Both the position numbers and the translations under genes were made by a program. Positions 17,409 through 28,462 of a stretch of DNA of 64,000 nt are shown piece after piece (the first letter of the stretch is position 1; each line of letters begins with the position of its first letter). The DNA is taken from the NCBI GenBank assembly GCA_963666215.2, contig CAXWPL010000004.1, forward strand, positions 768,001 through 832,000. Reading direction: 5' to 3'. Below the pieces are notes generated by a model. It was given only the letters and a program-made list of their open reading frames with translations, was not told the DNA's origin and ran no database searches. Source of the DNA: Acidobacteriota bacterium. GTDB lineage: Bacteria > Acidobacteriota > UBA890 > WLXD01.

Positions 17409-18607
17409 TTAGCGGCCGGGCAGCGCTTCCCAGAAACGCGCGAAATCCTCGTTGTCGAGCAGGCGTTCGAGCGCCGTCGAGGATCCCAGCATTCCGCTCA
17501 ACAACGCTGTCTTGAGCGGCGAGTCGGACTCGCCAAGCTTGATGCGCTCGAGCCCAAGCCCGAGATCGCGCACCAGCGCCTGGCGTGCCGCTGCGGCGGC
17601 CGCCGGCAGCGGTGCGCCGAGTGATGACAGACAACGGGCCTGGCTACGTCTCGAAGCGCCGGCCATCAACTCGAGATCCGGTCGTCTAGCACGAGGTGAA
17701 CCGATGCGAGAGACCAGCGAGCGAAGCCCGAGTCGGGGTCGAGACGCGTCGCCTCGTGAGCAGCAGCCAGCGCGTCGTCGAGCTCACCGTTGGCGAGAGC
17801 CTCACGGGCACGGGCCGACGCCAGCTGAGCGTGTCGTTTGTTGAGTAGGCGCCTGAGCTCAACGATCGGCGCCGGGTTGTCGTCTACCCGCAGGTCGATG
17901 TAGCGATCATTAAGGCCGTCATAGCCTCCCCCCTCGCGCACCACGAGGAGCGCCGCCGACTGCCGGCCGCGGGCGTCTCCCCCCGCGGCTTGCCCGGCGG
18001 CCAGCGCGGCTACCAGCCGTGTCGCCAGGTCGCCTTCGGTGGTTTCGAACGCCAAGCCCATCGCCTCCACCACTTCCGGGCCCGCCAGGATGTTGCCCTG
18101 CGCCGAGTAGTTCTCGCCGACCTGGTGTCCCGCCCAGCTCGTGCATTCCTGCCCGGTGAACGCCGCGGCACGGCCGCCCGCTCCGATGACCGCGACCTGG
18201 CGTTGCTCGCGACGCCCGTCCGCGCTCGTAAGAGCGGCAAGGACGTCGCTCGCCGAGTTGCCCACGCGCAGCATCTCGAGCCCGCGGGGGCCGTACGTGG
18301 TGTTGGCGACCGACTGTGTTGCCACGGCGCCGACCCCGGCGCTGGCAAAGGGCACAACGGCGCCTACGGCGAAGAAGCGAGACTGCACGGCAACGCCGAA
18401 GTCGCCGGTGGCCGGCTCGTAGCCGACAATCGAAAAGGTCGCGACAGGCTCCGGCGTGCTGGTCGCTCCGCCGAGGTCCGGTTCAGGCTCCGTTGACAGC
18501 GGTGCCTGTTTTGCCAGCGGCTCAGCTGCGCCGCTGGCGGCGCCTAGCAGGAGAGTCGCTGCCGCTGCTCCCGTCAGGGCAATTCCCGGAACTGACCAGC
18601 GAGCCAT
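17409..18607 (-). CDS. DUF1028 (Ntn-hydrolase-like) secreted protein with C-terminal TPR, interrupted near 17610-17680
   Basis: ATFSIVG..GDFGVAVQS..FAVGAVVP..GAVATQS, GGDARGRQSAAL, DLRVDD. The main frame stops at 17666; the TPR helix resumes in another frame to 17409. Confidence 0.8.
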
Positions 18608-18781
18608 CGTGCGTCCTCTCTCGAAAACCTCGTGCTGATTGCCGTGCCAGAATCGCCGCACGATCTCTTCCAACGTTACGCCACCGCTTCCGACCGTGCA
18701 GGTGTTCGGCGCCGCGCTCGGCGCGCGAGCATCCTCGGACCGTGGTCCACGGCGTCCATCCATCTCGAACGGCGAGGCGCG

Positions 18782-19411
18782 ATGTCCGAGAGTCTTCCAG
18801 GCGTTCTGATTGCCTTCGAGGGCATCGACGGCTGCGGCAAGTCGACCCAGGCGCGGCTGCTGCGCGACGAGCTCGTTGCGCGTGGCCACGTGGTGGCGAT
18901 CTATCGCGAGCCCGGCGATACCGTGCCCGGACGCGAGTTGCGCCGTATTTTCGTCGAGGGCCGCAACGTCACTCCGTTCGAGGAGATGCAGCTGTTTCTC
19001 GAAGACCGGAAGATCGACGTCCGCGACAACATCTTGCCGTCGCTCGCGGCGGGGGAGGTGGTGCTCATGGACCGGTACTATCTGTCGTCGATCGTGTACC
19101 AGGGCTCGCTCGGCTTGGATTCGGAGGTGATTCGCACCGCCAACGAGGCGTTTGCCCCGATTCCCGATCTCACGCTCATCCTCGATCTCGAGGTCGCCAC
19201 CGGTCGAGAGCGCATCCGCCGCCAGCGTGGCACCACGAATACCTTCGAAGCCGAGGCCTCGCTGCTCGACGCGCAGCGGCGCTACCGCGAGTACTGCGGC
19301 CTTCCTGGATTTGAGTGCGTCGACGTTAGCGGCTCACCCGAGGCCGTCTGCGGGCGATTGCTGCCGCTCGTTCTCGACGCCTTGGCGAGCCGGCGGCAGG
19401 TGTTCACCTGA
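18782..19411 (+). CDS. tmk: Thymidylate kinase
   Basis: AFEGIDGCGKSTQ, REPG, DRYYLSSIVYQG, PDLTLILD. Confidence 0.93.
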   Translation: MSESLPGVLIAFEGIDGCGKSTQARLLRDELVARGHVVAIYREPGDTVPGRELRRIFVEGRNVTPFEEMQLFLEDRKIDVRDNILPSLAAGEVVLMDRYYLSSIVYQGSLGLDSEVIRTANEAFAPIPDLTLILDLEVATGRERIRRQRGTTNTFEAEASLLDAQRRYREYCGLPGFECVDVSGSPEAVCGRLLPLVLDALASRRQVFT

Positions 19412-19429
19412 AGTCGGTCTCGGTTGAGC

Positions 19430-20263
19430 TCAGCCGTCGTCCCGCATCAGCGTCGCGAACCTCGAGTCGAACAGCCCGTTGCCGAGGGTCACGCCGCCGT
19501 CCACGGTCAGGAGCGCGCCCGTGGTCCAAGAAGCGGCGTCGCTCACCAAGAACGTAGCCGTATCAGCGAGCTCATCGAGAGTCCCGAATCTCCCCATCGG
19601 CACCGACTCGGCCAGCGCCGCACGCGCCTCGTCAGATTCCCACAGCTGGCCGCCGGCTCCCGCGGTGTCGATCGGTCCAGGAGCGATCGCGTTGACGCGG
19701 ATGCCATGGCGCGCCCATTCAACGGCCATAGTGCGCGTCAAAGACAACACGCCGGCCTTCGAAGCCGCCGAATGGACAACAAAAGGCCCAGCCGACTCGG
19801 CATAGGTTGCGACGATGTTGAGGATCGCTCCGCCGCCCCGGGCGCTCATGGCGCCGAACGCGGCGCGCGAGCAGTAGAAGGTTCCGTCGAGGACGATGCC
19901 GCGCACCGCCTTCCAGCCGTTGGGCGACAATCGCTCCGCGCGAACCAGAAAATTGCCGGCGGCGTTGTTAACCAGGATGTCGAGTCGCCCGTAGTGCTCC
20001 ACGGTCGCGTCGACAACGCGTTGCACCGCCTCCGGGTCACGCACATCGAACGTCATTGCGAGGGCGTCAGCGCCGCCTTCACGGAGCGTCTCGGCCGCAG
20101 GCTCGACGTGCTCGGCGCTACGGCTGGCGAGCACCAGATTGGCTCCGAGGGCGCCAAAGCGCTGCGCCATCGCGAAGCCCAGGCCGGTGCCGCCGCCGGT
20201 GATCAGCGCGGTCTTGCCCCGCAGTAGGTCGGCCACGAACGGCCCGGTAGTTGTCAGCGTCAT
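19430..20263 (-). CDS. SDR oxidoreductase, 2,4-dienoyl-CoA reductase-like
   Basis: TGGGTGLG, NNAAGNF, SAASKAGV, IAPGPI. Confidence 0.88.
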   Translation of the reverse strand: MTLTTTGPFVADLLRGKTALITGGGTGLGFAMAQRFGALGANLVLASRSAEHVEPAAETLREGGADALAMTFDVRDPEAVQRVVDATVEHYGRLDILVNNAAGNFLVRAERLSPNGWKAVRGIVLDGTFYCSRAAFGAMSARGGGAILNIVATYAESAGPFVVHSAASKAGVLSLTRTMAVEWARHGIRVNAIAPGPIDTAGAGGQLWESDEARAALAESVPMGRFGTLDELADTATFLVSDAASWTTGALLTVDGGVTLGNGLFDSRFATLMRDDG

Positions 20264-20312
20264 GGGCGTGATCTCCTTTTCGATTCCGCGGCCACGGTGC
20301 CCGCGGAAAACG

Positions 20313-21110
20313 CTAGCTGGATGGTTTGACAGCCGTGGTCAGCTGCAGCGTGCCTGTAACTCGGAAGCGTCCCTGCTCCTGTCGCTCGCGCAGGTGGTGC
20401 CACCAGCGCCGGCGGGTGGCTTCGTTGACGATGCCAGCGGCAACGGCGTAGTCGAGGTCGGCTGCCAGCACCTCGCGCCAGAGGGTATCGAGGCGCCTGA
20501 TCTCAATGGCGTGCTTCTCGACGACAACTTCCGACGCGCCGGCATTCAGCAACCACTCCTCGACCTCGTCGAGGGCGTCCAGAGCCATCGTGCTGTCCTC
20601 CTGCGCCCGTGCCAGGAAGGCGATCAGGTCCGGCAGCTCGCTTGCCACACGATGGGCACGCAAGTCCCAATCGAGCAGGCCGACTCTTCCACCGGGACGC
20701 AGCACGCGCAGCCACTCGGCCAGCGCAGCTCGCGGCTCGTTCATGTGTGGCAAGAGCTTGTCGGCGATGAGCCGGTCGAACGAATTGCGGGCGAAAGGCA
20801 GGCTCGAGGCGTCGGCGCAACAGAGAGAGGGGTCCGCTGAACGAGCTCGACGCCGGCGCAGGAGCCGTCGATCGACGTCGACGCCGACACGCAACGAAGG
20901 AGCTCTCCCCGGCCCGCTGCGGCCTTCGGGCAGATGATCGAAAGCTGGCGAGGCGCCGATCCCGATCTCCAGAACGTTGCACGGCTCCCATGGATTGAGC
21001 CGTGCCAGAAGCGCGGCACGCGCCTCGGCGAACGGTCGCGCGGTGGCGAGAAGGCCCTGCACGCGCTCCACCGCGCTCAGCAGATCGTCTTCGCGGTCGT
21101 CGCTCGTCAC
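20313..21110 (-). CDS. Class I SAM-dependent methyltransferase
   Basis: VLEIGIG, ADASSLPF..SFD, RVLRPGG. Confidence 0.8.
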   Translation of the reverse strand: MTSDDREDDLLSAVERVQGLLATARPFAEARAALLARLNPWEPCNVLEIGIGASPAFDHLPEGRSGPGRAPSLRVGVDVDRRLLRRRRARSADPSLCCADASSLPFARNSFDRLIADKLLPHMNEPRAALAEWLRVLRPGGRVGLLDWDLRAHRVASELPDLIAFLARAQEDSTMALDALDEVEEWLLNAGASEVVVEKHAIEIRRLDTLWREVLAADLDYAVAAGIVNEATRRRWWHHLRERQEQGRFRVTGTLQLTTAVKPSS

Positions 21111-21116
21111 CCGCGC

Positions 21117-22166
21117 TCAGACGTTGAAGCGGATGTTCACCACATCGCCGTCTTGGACGATGTAGTCGCGCCCCTCAACCCTCAACTTGCCCGCGTCGCG
21201 GCACTTGGCCTCGCTACCGAGCTCGAGAAGGTCGCTATGGTCGATCACCTCGGCGCGAATGAAGCCGCGTTCCAGATCCGAGTGGATCTTGCCCGCCGCG
21301 CGTGGAGCTGTGCTGTTGCGAGGCACCGGCCAGGAGCGGCACTCGTCGGGCCCCACCGTGAACATCGTGATCAGATCGAGCAGTTGAAAGGCGCCGCGGA
21401 TGAAGCGGTCGCTGGCGGGCTCGTCGAGGCCGAGTGCCTCGGTGAACTCGACGCGGTCTTCCGGGTCCATGTGCGCGATGTCCATCTCTACCGCGGCCGA
21501 CAGCACGACAACGTTGAGACCGGCTCGTTCAGTTGCCTTCTGCAGCTCTGGCGGCGTCGGCTCCGCCGCGTGATCCTCGGGAACGTTGAGGACCAGCATC
21601 AGAGGCTTTAGCGAGAGGAATTGGTACGGCGACACGAGGAGACGTTCGCCGCGATCGAGCTCGGCATCGCGCAGCGGACGCTCGGCCTCGAGGATCTCAC
21701 CGAGGCGCTCGAACAGAGCGACTTCTCGGGGGTTGCTGTCGCGCTCCTTACGAAGGCGGTCGCGACGCTTCTCCAGTATCTCGAGGTCGGCCAGAATCAT
21801 CTCGGTCTGCAGATCACCGAGCTCGCGCACCGGATCGTCCGCTTCGGACACCGCTGGGTTGTCGAACGCCCGTAGCACCTGCGCCAGAGCGTCCATCTCG
21901 CGCATGCTGTTGAGGACGCTGCGATCCAACCCCCGCGCCGCGCCCCCACCAGCAATGTCCGAGAACATCACCTCGGCCAACGTGGTTTTGCGTGGATCGT
22001 AGAGAGCCGCGAGCGCATGCAGGCGAGGCTCGGGAACCTTCACCGAGCCGAGGTTCTTCGTGCCGGGCTTGGCCGCGCCGTAGCCGGTCTCGGCCGACAG
22101 TCCCGTCAGGGCGTTGAACACGCTCGTTTTTCCCGAGCCCGGGAATCCCACCAGTCCGATTTTCAT
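21117..22166 (-). CDS. ychF: YchF/Obg-like ATPase
   Basis: [42 protein letters not shown]. Confidence 0.92.
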   Translation of the reverse strand: MKIGLVGFPGSGKTSVFNALTGLSAETGYGAAKPGTKNLGSVKVPEPRLHALAALYDPRKTTLAEVMFSDIAGGGAARGLDRSVLNSMREMDALAQVLRAFDNPAVSEADDPVRELGDLQTEMILADLEILEKRRDRLRKERDSNPREVALFERLGEILEAERPLRDAELDRGERLLVSPYQFLSLKPLMLVLNVPEDHAAEPTPPELQKATERAGLNVVVLSAAVEMDIAHMDPEDRVEFTEALGLDEPASDRFIRGAFQLLDLITMFTVGPDECRSWPVPRNSTAPRAAGKIHSDLERGFIRAEVIDHSDLLELGSEAKCRDAGKLRVEGRDYIVQDGDVVNIRFNV

Positions 22167-22244
22167 AGCGTCCAGGACGCTACTACGCAGGCATCGGGCC
22201 CGTTCGCAGCCACAGTCGAGCCACCCTGTTCTGGCGTCGAGAGG

Positions 22245-22283
22245 AAAAGGCCCCGGCGAGAATCGACTCGCCGGGGCCCTTTG
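22245..22283. terminator. Intrinsic terminator after the DUF3303 gene
   Basis: AAAAGGCCCCGGCGAG-AATCGA-CTCGCCGGGGCCCTTT. Confidence 0.7.
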
Positions 22284-22313
22284 CGTTCTAGTCCCGCTGC
22301 TGATCTCGACGTA

Positions 22314-22583
22314 TCAGCCCGTCAGGATTTGGCCAAGCTCTTCATCGGAAACTACCGGGGTAATGTCTTGGGTTATGAGATCGGCCCATTGGTTGGCCCA
22401 TCGTCCCGCGTCCACCGCGTTGTCGGCCTCGCATATTGTCCAGCCGCGACTCATCCCGGCGTCGTGCCAGCGCGCCAGCATCGTGACTCCCGCGGGTGGC
22501 AGCGCCCCGCCGGACTCGAGAAAGCGCTCAACGGCATCGGCGCGGTTGTCGGGACTTATTTCGTACTCGATCATGAACGTCAA
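22314..22583 (-). CDS. DUF3303 family protein
   Basis: GGAGG RBS then TTG; FMIEY..AVERF..GG..PPAGVTMLARWH..W.DL...ITPVVSDEE. Confidence 0.8.
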   Translation of the reverse strand: MTFMIEYEISPDNRADAVERFLESGGALPPAGVTMLARWHDAGMSRGWTICEADNAVDAGRWANQWADLITQDITPVVSDEELGQILTG

Positions 22584-22696
22584 TTGGAACCTCCCATGGG
22601 ACTGTGAGCGGCGCTGTCGCCGACTGACGCCGAATCGTAGCGCGGCAAAGAAACGCCGATAGTCCGCTCCCGGCGCCGGGCGACCAAGAGGCCGAG

Positions 22697-24478
22697 TTAG
22701 TGCGCGTCGTCCGGACTCCAAGCAGGACCTCGAACCACCTGGCCAGGCAGCGCATCGGTGTGTTCGCCGTCAAGCAGCACCTGCTGCCCGTTGACAAAGA
22801 CGTGCACCATACCGGTGGAGTACTGGTGAGGTTCCTCGAACGTGGCGTGGTCGCTGATCGTCTCGGGATCGAAGATCGCGACGTCGGCGTAGTAACCGGG
22901 TTGTAGCGAGCCCCGTCGATCGAGCCCGAGGTTCTGCGCCGGCAGCGCCGCCAGCTTACGGACCGCCTCCTGCAGCGAAATCACATTGCGCTCGCGAACG
23001 TAGCGGCCAAGCAGCCGCGAGAAGTTGCCGTACGCTCGCGGATGCGTGCTGGTTCGGGTAAACGGATCGACGGGCGCCATCGAGCCGGCATCGGAGCCGA
23101 ACGACAGCCAGGGCAGCTTGATCTGCTTCTCGATATTTTCCTCGGACATCAGGAAGTACACGGCCTGCACGCGAGTGCCGTCCTCCACCACGAGATCCAT
23201 TGCGGTGGTGAAGGGGTCGGAGCCGCGCTCGGCAGCGACCGCGGCGAGCGTTTTGCCAGTGTAGGACGAGCGCAGCTCCTCGTTCCGAAATCCCACCAGC
23301 AGGGTGCCCTCGGGTCCGGCGGCGAGCATCAGGTTCTCCCAGTCGTCGGTCGGCGTGGACATCTCCGCATGCACACGCACGCGCGTCGCGGGGTCTTTCA
23401 AACGTTCTGCCCAGGAGTCGTAGCCGCCCTCCTGCACCCACGGTGGCATCGCCGCGTCGAGCCCCGTCGATCCGGCCGGGTAGTTGTACATGTCGGCGGT
23501 GATCCGCAGGCCCTCGGCACGAGCCGCCTCGACCTTGGCGATGACCTCGTCCATCTTCGGCCAGTTCTCTTGACCGCCGGCCTTGAGATGATAAATCTCG
23601 GCCGGCACGCCAGCCTCGCGGGCGATGATGATGAGCTCGTCGACCGCCTCGAGCAGCCGATTGCCTTCAGACCGCATGTGCGAGATGTACTTGCCGTCGA
23701 ACTCCGCCGCGGCTTGGTTGAGAGCGATGAGCTCAGCGGTATCGGCATAGAACGCTGGCGCGTAGATCAGCGACGAGCCAACACCGAGAGCGCCTTCGCG
23801 CATGGCCGCTCGTACCAGCTCCTGCATCCGCTCGAGCTCCTCGGCATCCGGTGCGCGGTCCTCGTAACCGAGCTCGTGCACGCGAACGGTCGTCGCCCCC
23901 ACGTACGACGCGACGTTGGGAGAGATTCCCTTGTCGACCAGGTACTCTAGGTACTCGCCGAGCGTTGTCCAGGGCACCTCCACAGGTGCGCCCTCCGGCA
24001 GCCCGAGCATGGCGCGCGCCTCGTCTTCGCCACCGGCGTCACCGATCCAGTCGGCCACTGTCGCGGCCTTCATCGCGCTGTTGAGCGGGCCGTAGGACTG
24101 TCCCTCGCCGAACACCTCGAGCGTCACACCCTGGCGGATGTCACCCTGCGAGCGGCCGTCGATGATCAGCGAGTCGGTGGCCCAGCTGAGCATGTTGACG
24201 AACCCCGGCGCTACCGCCAGGCCGGCAACGTCGATCTCGCTGGGCGCCGTTCCTTCCAGACGCCCGTCCTGCTCGGCCGATCCGATCGCCGCGACCATCT
24301 CTCCTCGCAGAGCTACGTCGGCGACAAACGGGGCGTCGCCGCTGCCGTCGTAAACGGTTCCGCCACGCAGGATGACGTCGTACTCGTACTCGTTCTTGTC
24401 GGGGGTCGCACAGCCGGAAACAACGAACGCGGTCACAGCCATTGCGGTAACAAGAAAGCGTTGCACAAGAACCCCCAT
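22697..24478 (-). CDS. N-acyl-D-amino-acid deacylase (amidohydrolase), lipoprotein
   Basis: Lipobox VSGC, VAPGFVNML, SHMRSEG, YHLK, GSDA, HPRAYGNF. Confidence 0.9.
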   Translation of the reverse strand: MGVLVQRFLVTAMAVTAFVVSGCATPDKNEYEYDVILRGGTVYDGSGDAPFVADVALRGEMVAAIGSAEQDGRLEGTAPSEIDVAGLAVAPGFVNMLSWATDSLIIDGRSQGDIRQGVTLEVFGEGQSYGPLNSAMKAATVADWIGDAGGEDEARAMLGLPEGAPVEVPWTTLGEYLEYLVDKGISPNVASYVGATTVRVHELGYEDRAPDAEELERMQELVRAAMREGALGVGSSLIYAPAFYADTAELIALNQAAAEFDGKYISHMRSEGNRLLEAVDELIIIAREAGVPAEIYHLKAGGQENWPKMDEVIAKVEAARAEGLRITADMYNYPAGSTGLDAAMPPWVQEGGYDSWAERLKDPATRVRVHAEMSTPTDDWENLMLAAGPEGTLLVGFRNEELRSSYTGKTLAAVAAERGSDPFTTAMDLVVEDGTRVQAVYFLMSEENIEKQIKLPWLSFGSDAGSMAPVDPFTRTSTHPRAYGNFSRLLGRYVRERNVISLQEAVRKLAALPAQNLGLDRRGSLQPGYYADVAIFDPETISDHATFEEPHQYSTGMVHVFVNGQQVLLDGEHTDALPGQVVRGPAWSPDDAH

Positions 24479-24647
24479 TGCTCGCGGATCAAGGTGCGCA
24501 AGACAACCAGCCACGAGGGTGAGCGTCAACGCGCCGCGGCGCAATCGTTGGCAAGCGCTCGCGAGGAACGCCGGGATTGGGCAGTGCTGTCGAGACTCCG
24601 AGGCGGCACGCTTTCCGGGTGGCGGTGTGGCATTCTCGCTGGCCGTT

Positions 24648-25496
24648 ATGGCCAATCGGAAGAAGTTGAACAAACAGCGCAGAAAGCGCAACACGCTGGC
24701 CTCGAAGGCCGACAAGTACGAGCTCTATCAGCGCTCGGTGCAGGAGCCGGAGTGCGACGTCGAGTTCTCGCGCGACCTGTTCGAGTCGCGCTTCGGGCGG
24801 CCGGCCCACCTGCTGCGGGAGGATTTCTGCGGCACCGCGGCAATCAGTTGTGACTGGGTACGGGCCGACGCCGCGAACCGATCGTGGGGCATCGACCTCG
24901 ACCCTGAACCTCTCGACTGGGGGACAAAGCACAATATCGGTCAGCTCGACTCCGATCAGGGGGGTCGCATCAAGCTCCTGCGCGCCGACGTCCGTTCGGC
25001 TGCGCGACCCACCGTGGATGTGGTCATGGCTCTGAATTTCTCGTTTTTCGTCTTCAAGAGCCGCACCGAGCTCGTTGCTTACTTCCGTGTGGCGCGCGAG
25101 AACTTGGCCGACGAAGGACTCCTGGTCCTCGACGCGTATGGCGGTCCCGGATCACAGCAGCTCTCCGAGGAGGAGATCGACCACGACGATTTCTCCTACT
25201 TTTGGGACCAGGACGACTTCGATCCAATCACCCACGGCACGCGGACCTACATCCACTTCGGCTTCGCCGACGGCAGCAAGCTCCAGAGGGCGTTCAGCTA
25301 CAACTGGCGGCTGTGGATGCTGCCGGAGATCCGCGAGGCGTTGATCGAGGCCGGCTTCGACGCAGCCGAGGTGTACTGGGAAGGCGCCGACGAAGACGGC
25401 GAGGGCGACGGGGTGTACACGCTGCAGGAAAGGGCCGAGGCAGAGGAGGCCTGGGTCGCCTACATCGTCGGCGTAAAAGGCCGAGCTACCGGCTGA
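24648..25496 (+). CDS. Class I SAM-dependent methyltransferase
   Basis: ADKYELYQRSVQ, LREDFCGTA, GIDLDPEPL, YNWRLW. Confidence 0.85.
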   Translation: MANRKKLNKQRRKRNTLASKADKYELYQRSVQEPECDVEFSRDLFESRFGRPAHLLREDFCGTAAISCDWVRADAANRSWGIDLDPEPLDWGTKHNIGQLDSDQGGRIKLLRADVRSAARPTVDVVMALNFSFFVFKSRTELVAYFRVARENLADEGLLVLDAYGGPGSQQLSEEEIDHDDFSYFWDQDDFDPITHGTRTYIHFGFADGSKLQRAFSYNWRLWMLPEIREALIEAGFDAAEVYWEGADEDGEGDGVYTLQERAEAEEAWVAYIVGVKGRATG

Positions 25497-25597
25497 GCGC
25501 GGTCGCTCGGAGTCGTCTCGTGGGCGGCCAAGCTTCGACCACCGCCCGACTTCACGCACCGCACCGCGAGAAAAAGCGAGGCGATGGGTCTTTTCCA

Positions 25598-25609
25598 AGT
25601 GATATCACT
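25598..25609. promoter_or_regulatory. Palindrome AGTGATATCACT, candidate operator
   Basis: Perfect 12-bp palindrome in an AT-rich patch upstream of the SPFH gene. GTGATATC recurs at 26697 before the RHH gene. Confidence 0.4.
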
Positions 25610-25711
25610 ATGATAAAACGAAGGTATCGTCATTCGACGGCATACCTGATGTAGTCATCGCCCCCGGGCATTGGGCTCGTGAGCTGGGCAGGCGTAGAAG
25701 GAGCGGAAACC

Positions 25712-26617
25712 GTGACCCGTGACTTGATTCGAGAAAACGAAGTCAAAGCCGCACCCGGACTCCCGATGCTGGCGCTGCTGATCGCCGTCATGCTAGGGCT
25801 CGTTTGGGCATTCATCGAGGCGATCCAGAGCCTCAGTCAGTTCGGCCCCAGCGGCCTGCGCGTGGCGTGGCTGATTGGCGTGGTCCTGCTGGCGGTGCTC
25901 GATGTGGTTCTGGTGGCCGGGCTGTTCGCCGTGGCGCCGAACGAGGGCAAGGTGCTGCAGCTGTTCGGCAAGTACGTCGGTACGGTCAGGGTTCCGGGCC
26001 TGCGGTGGGCGAACCCCTTCTACACCAAGAAGCGCATTTCGTTGCGGGTGCGCAATTTCGAGACCGGCAAGCTCAAGGTCAACGACAAGCGCGGCAACCC
26101 GATCGAGTTCGCCTCGGTCGTGGTGTGGAAGGTCGTGGATACCGCCGAGGCCATCTTCGAGGTCGACGACTACAAGCACTACGTCCACGTGCAAAGCGAG
26201 TCGGCGGGCCGCAACCTGGCCACCAACTACCCGTACGACGACTTCGAAGAGGGCGAGATCTCACTGGTCAGCCACACCGCCGAGATCTCTGAGAAGCTCG
26301 AGGAAGAGATCCAGAATCGGCTCAAGGATGCGGGCGTCAAGGTGCTCGAGGCACGTATCAGCCACTTGGCCTACGCGCCCGAGATCGCCGGCGCGATGCT
26401 GCAGCGGCAGCAGGCCGCCGCCGTCATCGCGGCGCGCCAGAAGATCGTCGAGGGCGCGGTGGGCATGGTGGAGACCGCGCTCGAGATGCTTGGCGAGAAG
26501 GACATCATCGAGCTCGACGACGAACGCAAGGCGCACGTGGTGAGCAACCTGCTCGTCGTGCTCACGAGCGACAGTCACACGCAGCCGGTGATCAACACCG
26601 GTTCGCTCTACAGCTAG
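25712..26617 (+). CDS. SPFH/band 7 domain membrane protein
   Basis: Two TM helices, [40 protein letters not shown]. Confidence 0.92.
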   Translation: MTRDLIRENEVKAAPGLPMLALLIAVMLGLVWAFIEAIQSLSQFGPSGLRVAWLIGVVLLAVLDVVLVAGLFAVAPNEGKVLQLFGKYVGTVRVPGLRWANPFYTKKRISLRVRNFETGKLKVNDKRGNPIEFASVVVWKVVDTAEAIFEVDDYKHYVHVQSESAGRNLATNYPYDDFEEGEISLVSHTAEISEKLEEEIQNRLKDAGVKVLEARISHLAYAPEIAGAMLQRQQAAAVIAARQKIVEGAVGMVETALEMLGEKDIIELDDERKAHVVSNLLVVLTSDSHTQPVINTGSLYS

Positions 26618-26746
26618 CAAGGGCTCGTGACCGGTTGCGGCCAGGGAATCGCCGGGGCTCGGCCTTCGGGCGCGAGCCCCGGCGCCACCGGTCGCTGTGA
26701 TATCCCCGAGGGCTGAGCCGCGCGAACGAGCGCAACGGCAGCAAAA

Positions 26747-26941
26747 ATGGCCAAGCGTAAGGCGGTGCTGTTCCGGCTCGATCCGAAGCTCCACGACGCT
26801 CTGCGTCGTTGGGCCGACGACGAGCTGCGGTCGCTCAACGCTCAGGTCGAGTACCTGCTGCGCGACGCTCTACAGCGGTCCAATCGGCTTCGTCGCGATT
26901 CGCCACACGAGAGCCCGGTGCGCGAGGACGAGAGTGCGTGA
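26747..26941 (+). CDS. Arc/ribbon-helix-helix DNA-binding protein
   Basis: RKAVLFRLDPKLHDALRRWADDELRSLNAQVEYLL. Confidence 0.85.
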   Translation: MAKRKAVLFRLDPKLHDALRRWADDELRSLNAQVEYLLRDALQRSNRLRRDSPHESPVREDESA

Positions 26942-26964
26942 CGTCGGCTGAGTAGAATGAGCCC

Positions 26965-28368
26965 ATGCTGGGACGGACATGTGCGTTCGCGCTGTTGCTG
27001 TTGGCGGCGGCGGGCCTTTCGACGACCGGCGGGCGCAATGTTGCGGCGGCCGCCAGGACCGCGGCGATGGCCCCTGTCCAGCAGAGCCAGCAGAGCCAAC
27101 ACAGCCAACACAGCCAACAGCCTGGGGCGCGGGCCACCGAGGACCTCCTGGAGGCCTTCTGGAAAGCCTCCAGTCGCGAAGAGCGTGCCACCGCAGCCAG
27201 TTTGATCGGCGCGGGCAATCTCGATGTCTTCGAGGTATTCGACATCCTGCGGCGCGGTCGTAGCTACTCCAGCGACGTGAAGACCGGGCGGCGCGACATC
27301 GAACACCGGGTCGACGGCGCCGCGCACCCGGCCTTCGTGATGGTTCCCGACGACTACGACGCCACCCGCAGGTATCCGCTGCGGTTCTTCTTGCACGGCG
27401 GCATCGGCCGGGCGGAGATTCCTCGCGATGGTTGGTGGCGCAACACTGATCGCGTCATCGGTTCTGACTACATCTCGGTGTTCCCCGCCTCATGGAACGA
27501 CTCGCGATGGTGGCACCCGCGCCAGCTCGACAACCTGGCCGCGATCTTGGCGACGCTCAAGCGCGACTACAACGTCGACGAGAACAACGTCCACATGTTC
27601 GGTGTTTCCGACGGTGGCACCGGCGTCTATTACTTCGCGTTCCGCGATCCCACGCCGTGGGCCGGCTTCCTGCCCTTCCTCGGCCATCCGTCGGTGTTGT
27701 CGAATCCGAGCAGTGGGACGCCGGAGCAGTTGCATGTGATCAACCTGATCAACCGGCCCTTCTACATCGTCAACGGTGGCACCGACCGGCTCTATCCGGT
27801 TGCCGCCGTTCGGCCGTACATCGTGCTGTTCCAGGACGCCGGTGTAGAGCTCGCGTTTGTTCCCAAGCCGGAGTACGGACACACGGTGGAGTGGTGGCCG
27901 CAGGAGGCGCCGGCGATTGAGCGCTTCATCGCGCGCACGGGGCGTGATCCTCTGCCCGACCGCGTGTCCTGGGAGACGGAGGATCCAGCAACCGCGGGCC
28001 GTATGGCCTGGATTGTTATCGACGAGCTGGGCGAAACCTCCACCGACAGTCACATGCCGATGCCGAACGTCGTGTCGGTGAACGGGCGCAGCTACGCCGC
28101 CTTCCCGTACGAGGAGCCGTCGGGCCGTGTTGAGGTGGAACGCAGCGGCAACACCGTGCTCGTGCGCAGCAGCGGTGTGCAACGCTACCGACTGCTCCGT
28201 TCGCCCGACGAGTTCGACTTTTCTGCGCCGGTGACTGTCATCACGAACGACAATGTGTCGTTCGAGAGCCTGGTGGAGCCGAGCCTGGCAACGCTGCTGC
28301 ACTGGGCGGTTCGCGACGACGACCGCACCATGCTGTTCGCCGCCGAGCTCGCGATCAGCCTCCAATAG
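26965..28368 (+). CDS. Secreted alpha/beta-hydrolase (esterase/peptidase-like)
   Basis: YPLRFFLHGG, GVSDGG, NGGTD, GH; signal peptide. Confidence 0.8.
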   Translation: MLGRTCAFALLLLAAAGLSTTGGRNVAAAARTAAMAPVQQSQQSQHSQHSQQPGARATEDLLEAFWKASSREERATAASLIGAGNLDVFEVFDILRRGRSYSSDVKTGRRDIEHRVDGAAHPAFVMVPDDYDATRRYPLRFFLHGGIGRAEIPRDGWWRNTDRVIGSDYISVFPASWNDSRWWHPRQLDNLAAILATLKRDYNVDENNVHMFGVSDGGTGVYYFAFRDPTPWAGFLPFLGHPSVLSNPSSGTPEQLHVINLINRPFYIVNGGTDRLYPVAAVRPYIVLFQDAGVELAFVPKPEYGHTVEWWPQEAPAIERFIARTGRDPLPDRVSWETEDPATAGRMAWIVIDELGETSTDSHMPMPNVVSVNGRSYAAFPYEEPSGRVEVERSGNTVLVRSSGVQRYRLLRSPDEFDFSAPVTVITNDNVSFESLVEPSLATLLHWAVRDDDRTMLFAAELAISLQ

Positions 28369-28462
28369 GCCATCGTCCAGATCTGCGACACCCGCCTAGT
28401 CTTGCCAGGGCGCGCTCCAGGCGCGAGAGTGGCCGTAGTCAGTCCCGCGACGGGGGTCGAAT

